Source: Chiloscyllium plagiosum (taxonomy: Eukaryota). Taken from it: DNA of 57,698 nucleotides. Below the pieces are notes generated by a model, which saw only the letters and a program-made list of their open reading frames with translations, was not told where the DNA came from and did no database searches. Location of the stretch: positions 5,842,212 to 5,899,909 of the forward strand of contig NC_057758.1 in the NCBI RefSeq assembly GCF_004010195.1, written 5' to 3'. Position 1 is the first letter of the stretch, and each line of letters begins with the position of its first letter. The position numbers and the translations under genes were made by a program. Shown here one piece after another: positions 1-11,035 of the stretch.

Positions 1-1502
1 TTGAGGACGAACGATCAGTCCTCAGCAAAGGATTCACATTCATCCCCCTCCGTCCACGGATCAATGAAATTAATACACGCAGTGACGTCGAACACTTCTT
101 CCGCCGCCTCCGCCTCCGAGCTTACTTTCACAATCAGGACACCTGCCCACTTTAAAAGGACCCCTTCGCCCACCTCCCACACACTGCATCCACGTGGACA
201 CCCCGCGCTGGCCTATTACCTGGCCTCGACCTCTTTATTTCCAACTGTCGCCGGGACATTAACTGCCTCAATCTGTCTACCATCCTCCCCCACTCCAACC
301 TCTCACCCTCACAACGCGCAGCCCTCCAATCCCTCTGCTCCAATTCCGACCTCACCGTCAAGCCAGCAGATAAAGGGGGCGCAGTGGTAGTCTAGCGCAC
401 TGACTTCTTCACCGCTGAAGCCAAATGCCAAATCGAGGACACATCTTCCTACCGCCCCCTCGACCATGACCACACCGCCATCTCCAAACCATCATCTCCC
501 AGACCATACAGAACCTCATCACCTCAGGAGATCTCCCACCCACAGTTTCCAATCTCACAGTCCGGGATCCCCGCACTGCTTGGTTTACCTCCTTCCCAAG
601 ATCCACAAGCCTGAGTACCCTGGTCGACCCATTGTCTCAGCATGCTCCTGCCCCACTGACCTTACTTCTCCCTACCTCGACACTGTCCTACACACCCATT
701 CCAGCAACTCCCACATACGTTCGAGACACCACCCACGCCCTCCACCTCCTCCAAGGCTTCCATTTCGCCAGCCCCCAAAGCCTCATCTTCACCACGGATA
801 TCCAATCCCTCTACACCTCCATCCGCCATGACCAGGACTTCCCAGCCCTCCGTTTCTCCCTCTCCCGACGTCCCAACAATACCCTTCCACGGACACTCTC
901 ATTCGTTTAGTTGAACTGGTCCTCACCCTTAACAATTTTTCCTTCGAAATCTCCCACTTCCTCCAGACCAAAGGGGTAGCCATGGGCACACGTATGCCTG
1001 TCTCTTTGTTGGCTACGCAGAACAGTCGATCTTCCGTAATTTTACCGTCACCATCGCTTCCTCCGCTACATTTATGTCTGCACTGGCGCCACCTCGTGCT
1101 CCCACAAGCAATTCATCAACTTCGCCAGCACATTCCACCCTGACGTTAAATTTACCTGGACCATCTCTGTCACCTCCCTCCCCTTCCTGGACCTCTCCAT
1201 CTCCATTAATGACGACCGACTTAACACTGACATTTTTTACAAACCCACCGATTCCCACAGCTACCTGGATTACACCTCTTCCCACCCTCCCTCTTGCAAA
1301 AATGCCATCCCGGATTCCCAATTCCTCTGCCTCTGACTTATCTGTTCTCAGGAGGACCAGTTCTACCACAGAGAACACCAGATGGCCTCTTTCTTTAGGA
1401 CCACAATTTCCCTTTCCACGTGGTTAAAGATGCCCTCCAACGCATCTCGTCCACATCCCGCACCTCCACCCTCAGACCCCACCCCTCCAATTGCCTCCAG
1501 GA

Positions 1503-2314
1503 NNNNNNNNNNNNNNNNNNNNNNNNNNNNNNNNNNNNNNNNNNNNNNNNNNNNNNNNNNNNNNNNNNNNNNNNNNNNNNNNNNNNNNNNNNNNNNNNNN
1601 NNNNNNNNNNNNNNNNNNNNNNNNNNNNNNNNNNNNNNNNNNNNNNNNNNNNNNNNNNNNNNNNNNNNNNNNNNNNNNNNNNNNNNNNNNNNNNNNNNNN
1701 NNNNNNNNNNNNNNNNNNNNNNNNNNNNNNNNNNNNNNNNNNNNNNNNNNNNNNNNNNNNNNNNNNNNNNNNNNNNNNNNNNNNNNNNNNNNNNNNNNNN
1801 NNNNNNNNNNNNNNNNNNNNNNNNNNNNNNNNNNNNNNNNNNNNNNNNNNNNNNNNNNNNNNNNNNNNNNNNNNNNNNNNNNNNNNNNNNNNNNNNNNNN
1901 NNNNNNNNNNNNNNNNNNNNNNNNNNNNNNNNNNNNNNNNNNNNNNNNNNNNNNNNNNNNNNNNNNNNNNNNNNNNNNNNNNNNNNNNNNNNNNNNNNNN
2001 NNNNNNNNNNNNNNNNNNNNNNNNNNNNNNNNNNNNNNNNNNNNNNNNNNNNNNNNNNNNNNNNNNNNNNNNNNNNNNNNNNNNNNNNNNNNNNNNNNNN
2101 NNNNNNNNNNNNNNNNNNNNNNNNNNNNNNNNNNNNNNNNNNNNNNNNNNNNNNNNNNNNNNNNNNNNNNNNNNNNNNNNNNNNNNNNNNNNNNNNNNNN
2201 NNNNNNNNNNNNNNNNNNNNNNNNNNNNNNNNNNNNNNNNNNNNNNNNNNNNNNNNNNNNNNNNNNNNNNNNNNNNNNNNNNNNNNNNNNNNNNNNNNNN
2301 NNNNNNNNNNNNNN
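1503..2314. other. Assembly gap (N run)
   Basis: Run of n. Confidence 1.
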
Positions 2315-2391
2315 CTATTGTACTCTATGCTACTTTCTCCCCACCCCCACCCTCCTCGAGCTTACCTCTCCACCCTTCAGGCTCTCTGCCT

Positions 2392-2432
2392 TTATTCCTG
2401 ATGAAGGGCTTTTGCCCGAAACGTCGATTGTA
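2392..2432 (+). ncRNA. Minimal hammerhead ribozyme motif in PLE 3' end
   Basis: CTGATGA-A-GGGC-TTTT-GCCC-GAAA-C-GTC: core CUGAUGA, stem II, GAAA, palindromic ACGT stem III, GUC cleavage triplet. Stem I is weak (2 bp). Confidence 0.75.
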
Positions 2433-2672
2433 CTGCTCCTCGGATGCTGACTGAACTGCTGTGCTTTTCCAGCACCACTAATCCAGAATCTGGTTCAGAA
2501 TCTGGTTTCCAGCATCTGCAGTCATTGTTTTTTCCAGCAACTTTACATGCCCGCGTCTACCTAATTTCCTGATATACTCTGCATCAACAGGCTGTTTACA
2601 CCAGGAACTGCGAAGACTCGCAATGGTCTACAGGACATGACAACCAATGCATATCTGTCTTAATCACGCACT

Positions 2673-2975
2673 CTGGCGACACAGTGGCTCACAGTCGGCA
2701 CTGCAGCCTCACAGTACTAAGACGAGCGCGTTCAATTCCTGCCTAATGCAAGTCTATGTGGAGTTTGTACATTCTCCTTGCGTCTGCATGGACACCTTCC
2801 GGGTACTCCAATTTACTCATACAATCCAAAGATGTGCATGTGAATTGGTCATGCGAAATTATCCATAGTATTAGGTGCCTTAGTTAAGGGAATGGATCCG
2901 GGTAGGTTTCTCTTCAGTGGGTTGGTGAAGACTTGTTGGGCCGAAGAGCCTGTTTCCATGCAATAGGGATTCTAA
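2673..2975 (+). mobile_element. Diverged HE1/V-SINE
   Basis: Aligns by eye to the young copy at 17416-17725 (tRNA head, gtggagtttg-acattctcc V-domain, ttgttgggccgaag-gcctgtttcca tail). Confidence 0.85.
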
Positions 2976-3480
2976 CCACTCCGTTATTTTTTGAGTTATG
3001 CCTCCGAATTACAGTTTCTCCAAATGCAGTCAACTGTATAATCATAGTTGAGTTCTTTCCACATCCACCCAGACAAATCCATGCAGGAATCTACTTATTT
3101 TAATCATGTCACTGCTGACTTTACCAACTTTCACTGATACGTGCCAGACTATCTACTGTTTCCGAATAGGTCAACCCACTTATTCGTCGGACTGGAAAAT
3201 TCTGAAATAACCTTTCCATGAGGGAATAACTCATACATTTCGCGAAATAGTGCTAGTAAACTGGAAATATCGATAGTTGAAATTGGGTCTTGAATATATT
3301 CTTAAATGGATAAAATATTATACTCGGTAAATGCAAGGAAGATCTCCATTAATAGATGTGGTTTCTCCCTTACAGGGAGAAAAGAATGTTAGAAAACGTG
3401 ATAACTGCCAATGGAAAAATAGAGAATTGATATGTCTGGGCAACGAATCATGCACTACAAAAATAAACACACTGGTCTAC

Positions 3481-3550
3481 CTGAAACTCCGACAGCAGCA
3501 AAGACTACGTAAGAAATGGCAAATAGCAGACCTCTTAGTACCTCATGCAT
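3481..3550 (-). CDS. Candidate signal-peptide (leader) exon MHEVLRGLLFAISYVVFAAVGVS-G of an unidentified gene
   Basis: gaaATG start, 23 codons plus 1 nt with an n/h/c-region pattern, phase-1 donor CAG|gtagac. Possible acceptor ctctatttctgaatcgctgcag| ending at 3565. Lies in unique sequence. No downstream exon found in the window. Confidence 0.45.
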
Positions 3551-3825
3551 TTCGAACAGATGTTCTGCAGCGATTCAGAAATAGAGTGGAAAATTCTCAA
3601 TTTATGTGCGATCCAGACTCCTGAGATTTAATTACATGTCTGATCTTTGAAATAACACGCAGTTATTCAAAAAGAAAACAAATTAGTGCAGCTGATAATT
3701 GGTTTACTCGTGATATTTCAACCTGGTCTGAGGAAAATAAACGTTATTGTGATGCTGATTCAGTCTCATAGACATTTTTGAAAAATAGAATCCCAATGCT
3801 GTGGAATCTGACCACACGCTGAGTC

Positions 3826-4155
3826 GGTGGCAAATACAGCTGTTTCCAAGCGCTATCGACCTGGATTGAATTCCAGCCTCTGGCGACTGCATTTATGGAA
3901 TTTGCACATTTCCCCCTTGCCTGCATGGGTTTCCTCTGTTTGCTCTGGTTTTGTCGCAAAGTCCAAAGATGTGAAGTTTAGGTGGATTGACCATACTAAA
4001 TTGTCTATTATGTTCAGGGAAGTGTCGGCTAGTCGCTTTAGCCAGTGGTAGATATATGTTCGTAGGGGAAATGATCTTGGTGGGATACTTTTCGGAGTGT
4101 CAATGTGGACTTGTTGAGCCAAATAGCCTGATTCCACACTGCAGGGATTCTATGA
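3826..4155 (+). mobile_element. Diverged HE1/V-SINE
   Basis: V-domain ggaatttgcacatttcccccttgcctgcatgggtttcctc, then gtccaaagatgtg, and tail ggacttgttgagccaaatagcctgattccacactgcagggattctatga. Confidence 0.85.
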
Positions 4156-4789
4156 AAGAAGTCGATGAGACCGGATAAGGAACACAGTATATTTTTCGTA
4201 AAGAACAATAAGAAGTTTCAGTGTACGGCTAGGATAACTTTTCTAGGTGTCCATTTTCCTGGTAACGCATTGCCAAATTCTTTGCTAACGCAAAGTAAGA
4301 TATACAACCTTTGAACACATCCACGTTATTAATTTGGCCTCATAGCATTTTCCGCAAACTTCTCTTCATGCTACTTAAATTTAGTTTGGCTAGTTACCTC
4401 GTCTATAATTACCTTCAATGCAGGTAGATTCAGTTGCATCAGGGCAATTTTATTCATTAGGCGGAGATGTAGTTCTCCAAAAGTAACAAACGTTCAAGCA
4501 TCCAGTTCAGTAATGGTAAATTCAGCGTATACTTGAAAATGAGAACAGACAGAACTGTGCTGGACAGGAACATTAAGATAATTCACATTCAGATTTAACA
4601 CGTGACATTCGTTTATTCAGTCCAGTTCGGCGAAACTGTGCTGACTAGATTATGGCCATGCAGTTAGACATATTTCACAAAACATATGGATGACTCAGTG
4701 ATAGTTAGCATGGGAGCGCAGAGGCAAAGTCTTTCCACAGAATTGTGGCTGCGAATTTTGAGTAATCGTCGAAAGTGCTTGATGGGTAG

Positions 4790-5125
4790 TTCAGTAAACT
4801 TTGTCATATTGTCGCTTCAATGTCTCTAATGTCTCTGACTCTGCTACCAACGCTGACAGTGCATTCCATGCACTCACCACTTTCTGCATAAAGCATTCAT
4901 ATCTGAAATCTCCCCTGTACATTTCTCTAATCAGCTGAAAATTATGACCCCTAGTGACAGTCATTTCTACTCTGGGGAAAAGTGTCTGGCTATTTACTCT
5001 ATCTGTGCCTCTCATTGCCTTGGGAATCTCTATCGAGTCCCTTCTCTTCTTTGCAGTGCGAAAATCCTGAGCTCGCTCCATACCTTTTCATGAGGCAAGC
5101 CCTCCAGTCCAGGCACCATCCTGGA
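4790..5125 (-). mobile_element. CR1-clade LINE 3' fragment
   Basis: Minus-strand peptides RMVPGLEGLPHE and LFPRVEMTVTRGHNFQL..FMQKVVSAWNAL match the CR1 ORF2 C-terminus. Confidence 0.85.
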
Positions 5126-5164
5126 TGTGAGGAGTCGAGACATCTCGAGAGTAGTGCCAAACTT

Positions 5165-6520
5165 GGTAATTGTAGACCAATGACCCTTACTTCGGTTGCG
5201 GGTAAAGTGCTGAAAAATGTTATAAGATGTATGATTTATAATCATGCAGAAAGGAATACGTTGATTAGGGATAACCCATACGGTTTTGAGAAGGGGAGGT
5301 CGTGACTCGGAAACCTTACTGAGTTCTTTGTGAAGGTGACCAAACATATGGATGAGGGTAAAGTAGTTGACGTGGTGTATATGCATTTCTCTAGGGCGTG
5401 CGACAAGGTTCCACTCAGTAGGCGACTGCACAAAATACGGAGGCTTGGGATTGATGGCGATTTAGCGGTTTGGAGCAGAACGTGTTGATCTGAAAGAAGA
5501 CAGAGTGTGTTGGTTGATGGGATAATTCATCCTGGAAGTTAATTTCTAGTGGTGTACCGCAAGGATCTGTTTTGGGTACACTGTTGTTTGTTGATTTTAT
5601 AAATGACTTGGATGAGGGCGTGGAAGGATTGGTTAGTAAATTTGCGGATGGCACTAAGGTGGTAGAGTTGTGCATAGTTGTGAAGGATGTTGTCGGTTAG
5701 AGAGGGACATAGATATGCTGCAGAGCTGGGATGAAACGTGGTATATTTTGTTTAATGCGGAAAAGTTTGAGGTGATTCGGTTTGGACGGAATAGAAGGAA
5801 TGCAGTGTACTGGGCAATCACCTGAAAGTTAATGTCGATGGTAGAGTCGATGAGCACAAAGATGTCGCTGCCCATGTGCAGAGATCCCTGAAAGTTACCG
5901 CTTGATTGATAGGGGTGTTCAGATGGCATACATTATTTGATTAGTAGAGGGATTGTGTTTCGGAACCTTGAGATCAGGTTGCAGCTGTACAATACATGGT
6001 GTGGCTGCACTTGGAGTATTGCTGACAGTTTTGCTCAATGCACAATAGGAAAGATGTGGAAGCGTTGGAACGAGTTCAGAGGGTACTTATGAGGTGTCGT
6101 CTGGGATGGAAGGATGGTCTTTCCAGGAAGGGCTGAGGGACCTGAGACTGATTTCGGAAGAGAGAAAAAGTTTGAGAGGTGATTTAATTGTGGCATGCAA
6201 AATAATCAGAGCGTTAGATAGGGTGGACAGTGAGAGCCTTTTTACTCAGATGGTAATGGCGATCACGAGGAGACATAGCTTTAAATTGAAGGGTAATAGA
6301 TATAGGACAGATGTCAGAGGTAGTTTCTTTGGTCAGAGTAGTAAAGGCGTGGAAGGCACTGACTGCAAAAGTAGTAGTCTCGCTAACTTTAAGGGCATTT
6401 TAATGGCCATTGGATAGACATATCGACGAAAATATTTGGGTTTTGGATTGGTTTCCCAAAACGGAGCAATATCGACGGCCGAATGGCCTTTTATGCGCTG
6501 TAATGTTCTATGTTCTATGA
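5165..6520 (+). mobile_element. CR1-clade (HER1-like) LINE, decayed RT to 3' tail
   Basis: [51 protein letters not shown]; tail ends in gttctat repeats. Confidence 0.9.
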
Positions 6521-6534
6521 TCTGTCCTAGTAAT

Positions 6535-7965
6535 TCGCCTCTCCACTCATCCTTTCTATAATGAGACGACCAGAAGAGGACACAATGATCCAAACGCGGT
6601 TTAACCAGGATTTCATACAGCTGGAGCAAAACATCGTGACTCTTAAACTCAGTCTTCCTATTATTGTAATACAACGCAAGATGTGCCTTCTTCATAAGCC
6701 CATCAACTTGGGTGGCAAATTTGAGGGCTCCATGTACGTGGTCGCCAAGAACCCACTGTTTCTCCACACTGCCACGAATCCTGCATTCAACGCTGTATTC
6801 AGCATTCAATAGATCTTCCAAAATGAATCATTTCACATTTACCTAGATGGAACTTCATCTGCCAATTTGCAGTCCAACTCTGTATTCCGTCAATGCAGGG
6901 TTGTCGCCTGCAACAACCTCTGACACTATCTACAACACTACCGACCTTTGTGTCATCCACAAACTTACTAGACCACGTTCTTCATTCAAGTCATTCAAGA
7001 AAAAAACAATAAAAAGAACAGAGCCCGTTAAGTAGATCCAAGAGGGACACCAATGTTCATCGACCTCCCGGCAGAAAACTTCCCATCCACTATCATTCGC
7101 TGTCCCCTTTTGGCCAGCCAATTATGTATGCAGACAGCCAAAATTCCCTGCATCCCATACCACCCCATCGTTCTCAACAGTTCTCATATTTTTTCTTACA
7201 AACCCTTCTTGAATAAGGGCACAAAATTCACTGCTGTACAGTGTTCAAGGACCTCACCTGTAGCTAACAATGAAGCAAATACATCTGCCACAGCCGCTGC
7301 AATTTCTTCCCTGCCCTCTTCCAGTGTTCTTAGATATATCAGCTCAGGACAGAGATTTATTCAAATTAATTCATTCATACGACCAATGACTCTTCTGTTT
7401 TGATGTGCACTGTCCGCACGTTATCACCTCTAACTTCCCAAAGTTCCGAAGTCTTCACGTCTTTCTCCAAGGTAAAGACTGATGTGAAGTATTCATTGAG
7501 GACCTCGCCCTTCTCTTGCAGTTCGAATGAGAAATGCCCACTTTAGGCCTTCTGAGGTTCTACTGTCTCTCGAGTTATCCCTTTTCCTTCCATATATTTA
7601 AAGGACTCTTTAGATTCACCCAAATTATCTTAGTCAAATCTACCTCTTCCTACATTTCCGTTCTCCTTTCTTTATTCTATAAACTCCCGCATTATCGAAA
7701 AACCTCCGGGGATATATCTGGTCCCATGCCTCCTTCTTTGTTCGGTTCAAAACCTCTTGCAATCCAATGTTCACGATTGCTGCCAACGTTGTCTTTCACC
7801 CACGAATGTAAACATCGTCATTGTACTCTAGCTACCTCACTTTAAATTATTTCCCAGTTGCCGAATGTCCTTTTGCTTGCGAGCATAACACTCGAACCAA
7901 CTCCTGGAATTTCCTTTCCAATTCCTTCAAAACTTGTCTTGCCCCAATTTTGAACTTGCGGTTGT
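6535..7965 (-). mobile_element. CR1-clade LINE fragments (RT region, at least two pieces)
   Basis: LLQLYEILVKPRLDHCVLFWSSHYRKD on the minus strand, with further decayed CR1 ORF2 sequence to ~7960. Confidence 0.75.
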
Positions 7966-8388
7966 CTACATAAAATTTGCTAGGATTCCTGTTAGTGTGG
8001 CGTCGATGATCCGGTGTGTTTTCTCTATTTCTGTGTTTTTAATGATTACAAAGTTGTCATCAACATGTCTGAACCAGAGTTTGGGTTGAATTTGTGTTAA
8101 GACTGTTTGTTCTAACCTTTGCATTACTGCTTCTGCTATGAGTCCAGAGATCGGTGAGTCCATGGGTGTTCCGTTGATTTGTTCGTATTTCTGGTTGTTG
8201 AATGTGAAGTGTGTTGTGAGGTACTAACAGGAATCCGATTCACGAGAGAAGAAGAAAAGGATAACCAACTCCCATTCCGAGACGTGATGGTACAGAGAAC
8301 ACCGAACGGAGAATTCACCACAAAGGTAAACAGGAAAGCCACACACACAGACCAAGTCCTGAACTATGAAAGCAACCACCCCAACAAA

Positions 8389-8551
8389 NNNNNNNNNNNN
8401 NNNNNNNNNNNNNNNNNNNNNNNNNNNNNNNNNNNNNNNNNNNNNNNNNNNNNNNNNNNNNNNNNNNNNNNNNNNNNNNNNNNNNNNNNNNNNNNNNNNN
8501 NNNNNNNNNNNNNNNNNNNNNNNNNNNNNNNNNNNNNNNNNNNNNNNNNNN
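8389..8551. other. Assembly gap (N run)
   Basis: Run of n. Confidence 1.
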
Positions 8552-8853
8552 GAACATCAACTAGTCACGAAACGACACGACCAGCTATCCTTAGTAGCCA
8601 CACATGCAGACGACAAGCAACATGAATTCGACTGGGACAACACTACCATTATAGGGCAAGCCAAACAAAGAACAGCCAGGGAATTCCTAGAAGCATGGCA
8701 CTCATCCACAAACTCCATCAACAAACACATCGACCTGGACCCAATATACCGGCCACTACAGCGGATAGCTGAAACTGACAACCGGAAGCGGCAAGGACAG
8801 GCCACCATAAATGCCGGAGGAAACACCACAGAAGCGCTTCACAGGAGGCTCCC

Positions 8854-8895
8854 AACACTGAGGATGTCACCGAGACAGGGGACGAAACGTTTGCA
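8854..8895 (+). ncRNA. Minimal hammerhead ribozyme motif in PLE 3' end
   Basis: CTGAGGA-T-GTCACC-GAGACA-GGGGAC-GAAA-C-GTT: CUGANGA core, stem II with one mismatch, GAAA, ACGT palindrome, GUU triplet. Confidence 0.7.
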
Positions 8896-8935
8896 ACAAA
8901 AAATTCCAGCTCGGCGAACAGAACCACAACATTTG

Positions 8936-9165
8936 TAAGTGGTTTTCATGGATGGTGACAGGTGCTTAGAATTCACTGCCAGAGAAGATACTGAAAGCAA
9001 ATACAGGGGCAAATTTGAAGAATCGTTTAGCAACGCGCATGAACCGACAGACAAATGAGAGATGTGGACAATACGCAGGTAGATTACATCAATTTATGAC
9101 ATCATGGCTCGCACAGCCATGGTGCCCTGGAGGGCCTGTTTCTTGTTCTGGACCGTTCTGTGTTC
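8936..9165 (+). mobile_element. Decayed CR1 LINE 3' tail
   Basis: Ends gccatggtgccctggagggcctgtttcttgttctggaccgttctgtgttc, resembling other CR1 tails in the window. Confidence 0.65.
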
Positions 9166-10814
9166 GATTGAGCGAGCTCAATTTCTGTTTGACACCTTTT
9201 CTTTCTAGAATAGTCTAGCTCCCATTGAACATTGTTCCTTTCAGTGAGATCAGGCTCGGCGTTTCACGACTACTGTCAAAATAGGGTCGACAATCATCTC
9301 CAAAGTGCATGCTTCATTCTTAAGGGTCCATCAGGAATCCAAAATCTGTGACCTCCAGGTCTGAACAACACTCTGCGGAACGTCATTAACGCTTCAATGT
9401 GTCCAATCCCATAAAAATGTGTATGAGTTTCAGTGAAACCACTGCAACTCACCTCAATTCCCATTTCTCACAGAGCAAAAGCACAGTACCAACAATGAGC
9501 CTTGCAAACATTTACTGAACTCCTTCTGAGGCAAATCCACCTTTTCCCAGAGATTTTGATGAGATATACACACAGTATCACCATGTTCGTGTTATTTTAG
9601 AAAAAATGTCATTGTTGCTCCTGCACTGAAAACAGATTCCTGGGAAGACCCATGTACCATCTCCTTCCTTAACTGTTTGTTGTACCTGCATCTTTCCTTT
9701 TTGGAAAAAGTAATGGATCAGACCAGACCTTCCACTTCGCCGCCATTACCATCTCACCTTTCCCACTACCCCCACCACTGCAATGCATTGCAAGTACTAA
9801 GCCTCAAACATAGGTTTTGCATTTATTCAAAGCCGAGTTTAAGGTGCTGTGATCCAGAAGCGATTTAATTGGTCCACCATTAAGGTGGAAGGAAAACACA
9901 CTTTATCCATACGACAAAGTTAAAGTGCACGAAAAAAGTAATCCGCAATAACGTTGATACTGTTGAATTCCTAGAAAATAACAAGGTGTTACTTAATCAC
10001 GAATCATCACGTGTTCCAATGGAGACAAAGTTCTATAAAGACACCTGTCGGAAGACAATTTCATAAAACAGGTATTATTCTCTCTGCAGCATAGAAAAAA
10101 GAAACAAGCTGTCCCTTTTGGGCTTTAAGAGGAAGTCTCGCTAAGTAAGCCGTCCCTCCAGTCGAGAACTCTAGGTTTTAGCTGTGCAGTAGCAGAAACC
10201 TTCTCATGAAGTGCAAAAAATGCGAAAAGCCTTCAAAAGTCTGCATCGGTCCTGACCCCGCAAATTCATGCTTCTTTTGTTAAATTTTAATGAAAACATA
10301 CCGTGGATAATTGCAACCTGTTAACTAACTGCCTGCGTGAAACAGATATTCTGGCACCAGTGTGGAAATGCAAATCTGCCAGAGAAACAGGACACAACAC
10401 ATCGCTCTTAAAGACGCACTACCGTCACATATCCACTTAAAAGGAAACATACATCAGCATACAAAGTTGGCCACATTTTCAAAGTCATTACACCCACACT
10501 ATTAGTATTCTACATTATATAAATGTGTGTCTATCCAGTATTAACCCTGCACGTCAATAATGCGATAAATAGTCAATGATACAAACACAGTCAATAATAC
10601 AGTTCATTTCAGTTTGCTTCTTCCACCTCGAACACTTCCATTTTCCTTCACCAAAGTGATGATGAAGTATCAACAAACCTGCCAACTAGATAATTTAAAA
10701 ATTGAATGGATGTAATAAAATAACTCATCTCAACGATCTGGTGTTTAACCTTAAATTTATCTGAAGAAACTAGGGGGTTCTCATCAGTACACACACTTGT
10801 CTCAGTTATATAGT

Positions 10815-11035
10815 GTCATAGACACATAAGGATATACAGCATGGAAACTGACCCTTCAGTCCAACCCGTCCACGCCAACAAGATATGCCAACCCAATCTA
10901 GTCTCACCTGCCAGCACCTGGCCCATATCCCTTCAAACCCTTCCTATTCATACACCCCTCCAAATGCCTTTTAAATGTTGCAATTGTACCGGCCTCAACC
11001 ACTTCCTCTGGCAGCCCATTCCATACACGTACCAA
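10815..11035 (-). mobile_element. CR1/HER1-like LINE 3' tail
   Basis: Paralog at 40591-40800 reads VRVWNELPEEVVEAGTIATFKRHLDGYM, followed by a HER1-type tail. Confidence 0.85.

Larger units (their letters stand above)
1..2540 (+). mobile_element. Penelope-like retroelement (PLE), frameshifted RT plus 3' end; partly in assembly gap
   Basis: PLE RT motifs across frames: YLLPKIHKPEYPGRPIVSACSCPT, FTTDIQSLYTSI, LNNFSFEISHFLQTKGVAMG, FLDLSISI, KPTDSHSYLDYTSSHP. The 3' end carries a hammerhead core at 2398-2426. Confidence 0.9.
7983..8932 (+). mobile_element. PLE (second family) with inverted 5' segment: RT core on minus 7983-8220, RT C-terminus, GIY-YIG tail and 3' end on plus 8223-8932
   Basis: Minus: PMDSPISGLIAEAVMQRLEQ..RHVDDNF. 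Plus: LTGIRFTREEEKDNQLPFRDV..KATHTDQVLNYESNHP and FDWDNTTIIGQAKQRTAREFLEAWHS..INKHIDLDPIY. A 14-bp inverted duplication actaacaggaatcc sits at 7983-7996 and 8223-8236. Confidence 0.9.

Noticed and set aside
1382..2454. Long ORFs of 319-344 aa (also 8179-8938 in part, and 33439-34158)
   Set aside because: Their length comes from N runs translated as X.
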